NCBI GenBank assembly: GCA_965248755.1
Contig: OZ252149.1
Location: 768,001-832,000, forward strand
DNA length: 64,000 bases
Source of the DNA: Candidatus Latescibacterota bacterium
GTDB lineage: Bacteria; Latescibacterota; CBDEFO01
Direction: 5' to 3'
The stretch's first letter is position 1, and each line of letters opens with the position of its first letter. The notes below the pieces were generated by a model. It was not told the DNA's origin and ran no database searches. It was given only the letters and a program-made list of their open reading frames with translations. Shown here piece by piece: positions 56,676-64,000 of this stretch. The translations under genes and the position numbers were made by a program.

Positions 56676-57452
56676 TCAATCACCCTCCGGTGTCGCCTCC
56701 TGCCCTCTGCCCTTGGGAGGTATGAAGGACATAAGTATCTCTTTGATTGTTCTGGGATTCTGACCGGCTCCTATGGCTACTAGTCCCTCTATTATCAGCT
56801 CTTTTTCGAGTAGTTCCTGTTTGGATCTTGTCTTCAGCTTTGCGGCTATGGGGAGAAATATCATGTTAGCCATCAGAGCCCCGTAGAAGGTTGTAACGAG
56901 GGCTACGGCCATTCCGGGACCGATAGTGGATGGGTCCTCCATGGTCCTTAGCATCAGCACCAGGCCGATAAGCGTTCCTATCATTCCGAACGCGGGCGCA
57001 TAGGTGCCCATAGCGGTAAATATGCTCTGACCCAAGGCGTGTCTTACCCCTATGTTATCCATATCAGTTTGGAGTATCTCTCTCAATTGTTCGGATTCGG
57101 TTCCGTCCACTGCCAGTTGTATTCCTTTCTTAAGAAATTGATCTTCGGTGTTTTCTATTTCCTTTTCCATTGCAAGGACGCCTTCGCGTCTTGCTTTATC
57201 CGATAAGTCGACAATATATTCAACGGTCAGCAGAGGCGTCTCAGACTTATACAGGAACACTTTCTTGACTACGCCTATTACTCCCAGAACGTCAGACAGA
57301 GGAAAGTTGATGAGCGTCGCTGCGATGGTTCCCCCCGCCGTTATCGCAAATGACGGTCCGTCCATGAAGGATTCCAATCCACCCTTGCTCCAAATAGCAT
57401 AAAAGATAAGCGACATACCGGATATTATTCCGACGAAAGATGTAATATCCAT
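56676..57452 (-). CDS. motA: Stator A subunit (MotA/PomA)
   Basis: ARREGVLAME, APAFGMIGTLIGL, MAVALVTTFYG. Confidence 0.95.
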   Translation of the reverse strand: MDITSFVGIISGMSLIFYAIWSKGGLESFMDGPSFAITAGGTIAATLINFPLSDVLGVIGVVKKVFLYKSETPLLTVEYIVDLSDKARREGVLAMEKEIENTEDQFLKKGIQLAVDGTESEQLREILQTDMDNIGVRHALGQSIFTAMGTYAPAFGMIGTLIGLVLMLRTMEDPSTIGPGMAVALVTTFYGALMANMIFLPIAAKLKTRSKQELLEKELIIEGLVAIGAGQNPRTIKEILMSFIPPKGRGQEATPEGD

Positions 57453-57507
57453 AGCGGATTCTCCAAGTAATAGCTCTTAACTAAAGCCATAGCTAGTTCA
57501 ACCGACT

Positions 57508-57723
57508 CTATCTGTAGGATTTGTCGGCGATCTCTCTGACCGAAGGAAAACTCTGACGGCGGTAGTCCATGACCTTATCGACCACACCCTCTACCGACTC
57601 TAATACCATAATTTTCTTGCCCGTAGTCAGACTTATTATGGTATCCGGCGTCGATTCGACCAGTTCTATCAGATCGGCGTTGATAACCAAGTCCTGATTA
57701 TTTAAACGGGTAACAGAGATCAT
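57508..57723 (-). CDS. flbD: Flagellar FlbD family protein
   Basis: MISVTRLN..INADLIE..TPDT..L.TGKK..V.E. Confidence 0.88.
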   Translation of the reverse strand: MISVTRLNNQDLVINADLIELVESTPDTIISLTTGKKIMVLESVEGVVDKVMDYRRQSFPSVREIADKSYR

Positions 57724-57813
57724 AAAAGGGCCTCCTTTCGTCATAATGTACAAATTAAGATTGGGAATGTCAAGCAACAATGCCCTAAGAAACACAGCAA
57801 AATAGGCACCCTT

Positions 57814-57845
57814 ATTTAGGCCGTAAGCCATTTAGGCCGTAAGCC
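57814..57845 (+). repeat. 16-bp perfect tandem duplication ATTTAGGCCGTAAGCC x2
   Basis: Seen directly. Confidence 0.9.
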
Positions 57846-57940
57846 TCTCAGTGCACAACTGCAAAGAGAATAAAGTCATACGGTGTTCTTTTCCTCGAAA
57901 AGTTCTTTGCATACTTTTGGGGACCCCTTCTGCAGAAGAT

Positions 57941-57974
57941 CCCAGACCTTCCCACGAAAAGCGGAAGGCCTGGG
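57941..57974 (-). terminator. Hairpin downstream of flgE
   Basis: CCCAGACCTTCC / GGAAGGCCTGGG. Confidence 0.5.
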
Positions 57975-58003
57975 TTATCTTATGTGATTATCTGCGGTTA
58001 GGA

Positions 58004-59680
58004 CTACCTCTTGAGGTTCACGATTTCGTTGAGTATATCGTCACTTGTAGTGATCACTCTGGCGTTAGCCTGGAAACCTCTTTGAGCGATGATCAGATCG
58101 GCGAACTCTTTAGTCAAATCCACGTTGGACGACTCAAGAAAGCCGGAGTTTATAGTTGCCTGGATGCTTTCCCCAGCTATTCCGAGTACGGAAAGACCTG
58201 AGTTAGCTGACACCTGATACAGGCTGTCTCCGACCCTCTCAAGGCCGCCGGGGTTGGTGAAATCGGACAGGATTATCCGCCCAAGATCATTAATCTGCCC
58301 GTTTGTGAACACACCGACGATTGTGCCATCCGGTTGAATGGAGGCGGAGGTTAGTTTCCCGATTCCGAATCCGTCCTGGTCCTTAGCCGCAGCGGTGGAC
58401 GTACCGGTAAGCTGCGTGACGCCGTCAAAAGAACCCACGGATCCGACGTTTAAGTTAAGATTCACCGGAGAAGCTCCATTACCCGGGTCGAAGGAGAAGG
58501 ACGATACGCCTGCGCCGTCGTACAAGAAGGCCCTCAAAGAACCACTAGGGGTGAAGCTAATGCTCCCGGTGTTGCCCCCAAAAATTGTCTCGTTGCCGGC
58601 CAAGGTAGCTTCCCACGTCCATTCACCGGGGGTATCTGTGGCCGTATAGTCGACAGTGACTGTATGCGCCTCCCCAAGGCTGTCGAATGTGGATATGGAT
58701 GTGGAGTGAATGCCCGCATCCCTGCCCACGACGGTATTAGTGAAGGTGGGGAACGTGATGTTTCCGGTGCTTCCTGCAGATAAGGTGCCCAGCACTAAAT
58801 TGATGCTCGTGCTGATTTTGCCTGTTGCATTGTCAGTCAAGACTATGTTGCCGGAGGCGTCAAGCACAGCCGTGGAACCGTCAGCTGCTCCACTGTCAAA
58901 CGCGGTGTTGATAGCGGCCAGGAGATCCCCGACAGTGCTTGCTGTCGTGCTATCGAACGTGAAAGTTCCAGCGGCGGATGAACCGTCGGCTTTGGTACTG
59001 ATTAAATTTATCACGTCTCCGTCCGCAAGAGCGAAGTTAACTATCGACAGGTTATTTATCAACGTGCCGACCACGGCAGGGCCACCTGCAACGGTGTCTG
59101 TACCCAGACTCCCCGACCAGACCGCTTGTTTGGGATCGGAGTTGGCGTTCAGATTGCCCCGGAAATTCACGGCCGTAGTCGACTTGGGCGGAGATACCTT
59201 CCCGAAGGAAATGGTTAGGTCTTCCACCGTAGGGGTAGGAATGACAACCCCTTGCTCGTCGGCGAGACGACCCTGAACTATGAAACCGTTGCTGGGGTTG
59301 ATGAGAGTTCCATTCGCGTCAAACGCGAAGGACCCTGCTCTGCTGTAGAACTTTTCATCCCCGTTGCTGAGTATGAAGAACCCTTCTCCCTGGATAGCCA
59401 CATCGGTTGTAAGTCCGGTAGCTGTTAAGCTGCCCTGTGTGACGATGCTGTCTATACTTCCGATAGCGGAACCGAGTCCGAACTGCACAGGATTCACACC
59501 TCCAAGGCCCTCCTGTGGGGCCCTTGCCCCCGACACCGTCTGGGCGAGGAGTTCCTTGAATGTGGTTCTGCTGGACTTGAAGCCGATAGTGTTGATGTTA
59601 GCAATGTTGTTTCCTATTACGTTCAGTCGAGACTGGTGGTTCTGGAGTCCTGAGACTCCTGATGTTAATGCGCTAATCAT
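58004..59680 (-). CDS. flgE: Flagellar hook protein FlgE
   Basis: GNNIANINTIGFK, GEGFF, SRAG.F, LESSNVDL..EF...QRGFQANARVI. Confidence 0.95.
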   Translation of the reverse strand: MISALTSGVSGLQNHQSRLNVIGNNIANINTIGFKSSRTTFKELLAQTVSGARAPQEGLGGVNPVQFGLGSAIGSIDSIVTQGSLTATGLTTDVAIQGEGFFILSNGDEKFYSRAGSFAFDANGTLINPSNGFIVQGRLADEQGVVIPTPTVEDLTISFGKVSPPKSTTAVNFRGNLNANSDPKQAVWSGSLGTDTVAGGPAVVGTLINNLSIVNFALADGDVINLISTKADGSSAAGTFTFDSTTASTVGDLLAAINTAFDSGAADGSTAVLDASGNIVLTDNATGKISTSINLVLGTLSAGSTGNITFPTFTNTVVGRDAGIHSTSISTFDSLGEAHTVTVDYTATDTPGEWTWEATLAGNETIFGGNTGSISFTPSGSLRAFLYDGAGVSSFSFDPGNGASPVNLNLNVGSVGSFDGVTQLTGTSTAAAKDQDGFGIGKLTSASIQPDGTIVGVFTNGQINDLGRIILSDFTNPGGLERVGDSLYQVSANSGLSVLGIAGESIQATINSGFLESSNVDLTKEFADLIIAQRGFQANARVITTSDDILNEIVNLKR

Positions 59681-59804
59681 TTTGTGACCTCCTTGGGTTT
59701 ACTGAAGACAGCAACCACTAAAAAGAGTCTGTGGCGAGGACCGCCTCTGTCGCTCTGGCGGTATTGAAGGCTTCCTCCTCGATGGAGGTCCGGCCTTTTG
59801 GTAG

Positions 59805-60200
59805 TTACACGACCACTGTGCTGTCTATGTTTGTGAAGACTTTATCTTTGAGATTGTCTCTGTGCAAGACGGTTATAACCGTCCGATTCTTGACACTGAC
59901 CAAGAACGCCAGGTCGTCGAGCAGCACCAAGGATTCCTTAGAGCCTTTGTGCGCCGCTCTTTCGACGGCTTCGTTTAGCTGATCTTTCTTGACTTGAGTC
60001 AGATTGATGTCTCTGGATTCAAGTCTGCTTGCGGCGTGGGCGGAAAATTTGACATCCGTCGTCCCAGCGGACGTTTCGCCTTTCAGTACCTCCTGAAAGG
60101 ACTTGCCGCTCTGGATCGTCTTTCGGCTCTTTAACTTGGAGATGTCCTGTGGAACTGTGGCACGTTTTACAAAGCCGACATTTCCGATTCCGCCTGCCAA
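59805..60200 (-). CDS. TIGR02530-type flagellar operon protein
   Basis: SFQEVL, KFSAHAASRL..R.I, KGSKESLV, VSVKNRTVIT, VFTNIDS; AAGGAGGTG before TTG. Confidence 0.85.
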   Translation of the reverse strand: MAGGIGNVGFVKRATVPQDISKLKSRKTIQSGKSFQEVLKGETSAGTTDVKFSAHAASRLESRDINLTQVKKDQLNEAVERAAHKGSKESLVLLDDLAFLVSVKNRTVITVLHRDNLKDKVFTNIDSTVVV

Positions 60201-60228
60201 TGTGTTCACCTCCTTTATATTGTTCTTG

Positions 60229-60909
60229 TTACTCTTGTGAGACTTCTGTAATTGCCGATAAAGATACTGTTTGACCCTCTTCAAGTACGACTAATACGTC
60301 TCCATCTTTGTACCTGACTGCGGTAACCTTCCCTGTGACAGCCGATGAGGCCGTGACAGGATTGCCTTCAGCGTCCGCTGCGAGGATCGAGTAAGTGTAC
60401 TCGCCAGCTGGAAGCCGGGTTCCGTTGTCGTCTCTTCCATTCCACACGATCTGAAGATCACCTGCGGACGCAGGGCCTAAATTGAGGGTTCTGACTACCC
60501 CTGCTCGGGAGTCAATTATGCCCACGCTCACAGTCTGAGCGTTGTTGTCTAACTGGAAGGTTAGCAGGGGATTATTTTCTCCCGTCAGGCTTATAGTACT
60601 ACTTTGGGAACTTATATTTTTGCCGATGAGAATGGGCGCCATTGCGTTGTTCATCAGCCGGCTGAGCAGAGTGTCTGTCTGAAGGCCCTCTTCCAGCTTA
60701 GAGTTAATATTTTGAAGCTGTTCCACCGAACTGAACTGCGACAACTGAGCTATGAATTCCTCGTTTCGGATCGGATCCAAAGGGTCTTGATACCTAAGCT
60801 GTGTAACGAGGAGGTTAAGGAACTCCTCTTTCCCCAGCGATTCGGGAGCTACGTCGGACGATAGGGGGCCTGTGGGAGTGGAAAATCCTATCGGGTTTGT
60901 CTGGATCAT
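60229..60909 (-). CDS. flgD: Hook capping protein FlgD
   Basis: LGKEEFLNLLVTQLRYQDPLDP; WNGRDDNG..GEY Ig domain. Confidence 0.95.
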   Translation of the reverse strand: MIQTNPIGFSTPTGPLSSDVAPESLGKEEFLNLLVTQLRYQDPLDPIRNEEFIAQLSQFSSVEQLQNINSKLEEGLQTDTLLSRLMNNAMAPILIGKNISSQSSTISLTGENNPLLTFQLDNNAQTVSVGIIDSRAGVVRTLNLGPASAGDLQIVWNGRDDNGTRLPAGEYTYSILAADAEGNPVTASSAVTGKVTAVRYKDGDVLVVLEEGQTVSLSAITEVSQE

Positions 60910-60946
60910 ATTCTTAATCCTCCGAGAAAAATGTTTATCAACTTCC

Positions 60947-63900
60947 CTAAGCTACGAGTTCCATGGTATTATATCCGAGATTCCTCATCTTTATTCTTGA
61001 ACCGTCCTGATTACTCTCATCTTGACCGTTATTGTCCCTTGGTGTCCTGCCGGGAGCATTGAAGGAGTTCCTGTGAAATTCGTTATTCTGGCGATGTGAG
61101 GAGCCGTCTTTTACAAAGACATCGAATTTATCAATGTTCACTCCTAATTCGGCCAGTGCTTCTTTAAGTCTCGGTAGATTGGATTCTATAGCTACTCTTA
61201 CGGACTGATTTTCGACATTGACTCTGGCTGTCAAAGTGGAGTCTTCGACGACAAGGCTCATCCTGATAAAGCCAAGGTTTTCAGGCTCTAACCTCATTCT
61301 GAATTCGGAGCGTCCGTTTCTCAGGGTAAGTTGGGCGTTTCTCACGATTTGACGGACTATATTGTCAGAGTCTTCAACAGTGCCGTGTCGAGCATCGGAC
61401 TGTACGGAATGAGTCTGCAACGGCGAAGCCTCTCTCGACGTTACCTGTTGGAGTGGAGTTTCACTTTCAATTTGTGGGTTCATGCTTCCCCTTGCTGCGA
61501 CCTCTGTCCTTGTGGTCTGGGGCTCCATCGTAGGTTGTTTGGCAGAATCAGATCTTTCCATTACAGGTTCTTTCTGTACATTGCTTCTTTCGGCCGGGAC
61601 CTCCTGATTTTTTGACGTCTGTGGCGTCCGCTGTGGGTTATCCGTTAATCTATCCTCCTGAGAGGTCCCCTTCCCTGCCGAATCGGCTCCAACGGTTGGT
61701 GAGCTTACAGATTCAGGTCTTGTAGTACCTTTGTTTCCATTTGGATCGGCCTGGATGCGGGTCGCAGGTTCTGTGGCGGCTCTCTGCGACCTGGGATCGC
61801 TGGACGACTCTACGCCTCCAGATTCAGGTCTTGTAGCACCTTTGTTTCCATTTGGATCGGCCTGGATGCGGGTTGTGGGTTCTGCGGCGGCTCTCTGCGA
61901 CCTGGGATCGCTGGACAACTCTACGCCTCCAGATTCAGGTCTTGTAGCACCTTTGTTTCCATTTGGATCGGCCTGGATGCGGGTTGTGGGTTCTGCGGCG
62001 GCTCTCTGCGACCTGGGATCGCTGGATGACTCTACGCCTCCAGATTCAGGTCTTGTAGCACCTTTGTTTCCATTTGGATCGGCCTGGATGCGGGTTGTGG
62101 GTTCTGCGGCGGCTCTCTGCGACCTGGGATCGCTGGATGACTCTACGCCTCCAGATTCAGGTCTTGTAGCACCTTTGTTTCCATTTGGATCGGCCTGGAT
62201 GCGGGTCGCAGGTTCTGTGGCGGCTCTCTGAGATCTGGGATCGCTGGACGACTCTACGCTATGTTGAGGATTATTTCCGCTCGCGGACCCCTTGGTTCCA
62301 CCTTCGGATACTCGAAAGTGGGGAGTGTCGGCTGAGTTGGAAATCGCGCCATTTTGGGGTCTTGTCGGATGTGAAGACAGTTCTTGTGGGTTCCGGCTCG
62401 CATTCGAAGGATTCTGCGGGCTGTTTTGACTGTTCTGCATCCTTGAACTATCAGATACGGATTTATAGGGTCTGCGAGATTCCAATTCCTGAACTTCAGC
62501 TACGATTTTTACAGGCATCCTTATATCGGGAGTTTGTGAATTTCTAATTTCTCCCTGCGACGAAGACTTACCTTCCTTAACTATAATAATGTCCTTTTGA
62601 GAGCTCTGCTCATTGACGGGAGCAGATGTGGCTCTACTTGTCTGCTCAGGTGACGATGTGCGCTCCTGACCAGGTCGATGGTTCCCTGAGGACGCCAGAG
62701 CCTTCTGTGTAGGATGTTCGGCATCGAGTCTCGCTGTAACAACAGAATTCTTGGACGGATTAGTGGATGCTCCACCTTCAACCGATAGATCTTGTTGAGG
62801 TCCTACCTTGGAAGATGAGGCCGAATTTCTACTTATACCTCTGACCCTGTCACTGTGCAAGTTGTCAAAGGCAAGCTCCGACGCCGCAGGTGACCCCAAC
62901 TCACGAGTAGGGCCATAAGCGTATTCTTGAGGACGCTCATACGCACCTTGCTTTGAGCTTTCAGAAGGAGTTGCCGCTTTTTGATCTACCTCAATTGTAG
63001 TCTCTTCAGCACCTTCTACTCTGTCAGGCGGTCTTTGAGGGATATATCCGACGTCTTTTGATGGTTTAGAGTCAGTTTTGTCCACTCTTGCGTATGCTAT
63101 TGGCGCCTCTGGACTCGTGGAAGATTCTGCGGGCCTGTCGACCTTATCTGACCCCTGAGGGAGATTGGGGTCATTAGCTTTAACTGTCACAGCCACAGCC
63201 AGGCTGTCCTGTGTGGGTAACTCCAGAAAAGATTTTACTACAACACCTTCAGCTTTTGTAACAGCATTACGTTCTGATGAAGGTTCTATGGCTTCCGAAG
63301 CAACACCATCGCGGTTGATCAGTTTGGAGGCGCCACTATTCCCGAAAACGTTATCCGATACATTTAGTGAGCCCCATCTGGAAACAGGAGTATGCGCATC
63401 AGCAGATGGTTCCTCATAGTTGCCTTGTGATACAAGTGACGATTTTATTAATGTAGCTAAAGCGTCAGAGCTTGTCTCTGACGATCCTTCGCTCTGGGGT
63501 ACCAAAAGGACGTATACAGGTCTTCCAGCATCATCTAAAGTCGTCGTGTAGAGTACACTTATTTCCTTTTCCCCTGTCACATTGTTGTAGTTACCAATAG
63601 GAATAGAAATCGGTACATCTTTTCTCTCCCCAGAAAGTTCCTCGCCCATTTCGTAGCCTGCTGCCTCCACAGCAATGCGGCCGCTCTGCAATTTTGAGGA
63701 CCCCGATAATTGAAAGGCGCTTTGGGATGCGAGCGATTCAGGACGATAGATGTTTCTAGGGTTTTGGTTCGAGACATCAGATCCCAGATACGTTACAACA
63801 GCGCCTTCACCATCTTGATCTTGGGGAAGATGGATGATCATAGTGTTGGGATGTTCAAGGCTGTTGTGCATTTCTATGTACTCGGCCGCAAGTAACTCAG

Positions 63901-64000
63901 TGGGTAGCGATGAAAGGGGTAATCCTTTGATACTGGAACCTTCCACAGTTGGAGCGATCTGGAGAGATGAACTGGCTGAATCTGTGGATTTGAGTATAGA
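60947..64000 (-). CDS. fliK: Hook-length control protein FliK (>1017 aa; start beyond window)
   Basis: C-terminal MRLEPENLG..LPRLKEAL domain; directly upstream of flgD; frame open to the window end. Confidence 0.88.
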   Translation of the reverse strand, partial: SILKSTDSASSSLQIAPTVEGSSIKGLPLSSLPTELLAAEYIEMHNSLEHPNTMIIHLPQDQDGEGAVVTYLGSDVSNQNPRNIYRPESLASQSAFQLSGSSKLQSGRIAVEAAGYEMGEELSGERKDVPISIPIGNYNNVTGEKEISVLYTTTLDDAGRPVYVLLVPQSEGSSETSSDALATLIKSSLVSQGNYEEPSADAHTPVSRWGSLNVSDNVFGNSGASKLINRDGVASEAIEPSSERNAVTKAEGVVVKSFLELPTQDSLAVAVTVKANDPNLPQGSDKVDRPAESSTSPEAPIAYARVDKTDSKPSKDVGYIPQRPPDRVEGAEETTIEVDQKAATPSESSKQGAYERPQEYAYGPTRELGSPAASELAFDNLHSDRVRGISRNSASSSKVGPQQDLSVEGGASTNPSKNSVVTARLDAEHPTQKALASSGNHRPGQERTSSPEQTSRATSAPVNEQSSQKDIIIVKEGKSSSQGEIRNSQTPDIRMPVKIVAEVQELESRRPYKSVSDSSRMQNSQNSPQNPSNASRNPQELSSHPTRPQNGAISNSADTPHFRVSEGGTKGSASGNNPQHSVESSSDPRSQRAATEPATRIQADPNGNKGATRPESGGVESSSDPRSQRAAAEPTTRIQADPNGNKGATRPESGGVESSSDPRSQRAAAEPTTRIQADPNGNKGATRPESGGVELSSDPRSQRAAAEPTTRIQADPNGNKGATRPESGGVESSSDPRSQRAATEPATRIQADPNGNKGTTRPESVSSPTVGADSAGKGTSQEDRLTDNPQRTPQTSKNQEVPAERSNVQKEPVMERSDSAKQPTMEPQTTRTEVAARGSMNPQIESETPLQQVTSREASPLQTHSVQSDARHGTVEDSDNIVRQIVRNAQLTLRNGRSEFRMRLEPENLGFIRMSLVVEDSTLTARVNVENQSVRVAIESNLPRLKEALAELGVNIDKFDVFVKDGSSHRQNNEFHRNSFNAPGRTPRDNNGQDESNQDGSRIKMRNLGYNTMELVA
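61708..62259 (-). repeat. 111-bp (37-aa) coding tandem repeat x5 within fliK
   Basis: Units start at 61708, 61819, 61930, 62041 and 62152. Confidence 0.97.

Noticed and set aside
61708..62259. CRISPR or non-coding repeat; ORF 61731-62231 on +
   Set aside because: The unit is 111 bp, in frame in fliK; the + ORF is its antisense shadow.

Overview
Bacterial chromosomal window with three zones. (1) 1-12.8 kb is a co-directional block of catabolic enzyme genes (GHL10-like hydrolase, two TIM-barrel isomerase paralogs, M24 peptidase, two PhyH dioxygenases, 2-hydroxyacid dehydrogenase, LLM monooxygenase, amidohydrolase, atypical GGT) ending at tRNA-Pro(CGG). (2) 13-42 kb is a mosaic accessory region. 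It holds an NCS1 permease, oxidoreductases, a kanamycin-nucleotidyltransferase-like gene split by an IS3 composite element and flanked by a 104-bp duplication, a low-GC GT87, a Rieske/helical fusion protein, orphan genes, a decayed IS481, and an AlkP-superfamily + sat + cysC module. (3) 42-64 kb is a minus-strand flagellar cluster: fliK (runs off the window), flgD, TIGR02530-type gene, flgE, flbD, motAB, fliL, fliM, fliY/N, fliP, fliQ, fliR, flhB, flhA, flhF, flhG, fliA. The most unusual signals are a dispersed 21-nt palindrome that nests in itself and sits in frame inside a gene between 6-bp direct repeats, a second ~45-50-nt repeat inserted in frame in two neighbouring genes, a three-level nested MITE between motA and motB, a >1000-aa FliK with 5x111-bp repeats, and a structured flgE leader. 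All family calls come from motif recognition by eye; no searches were run.
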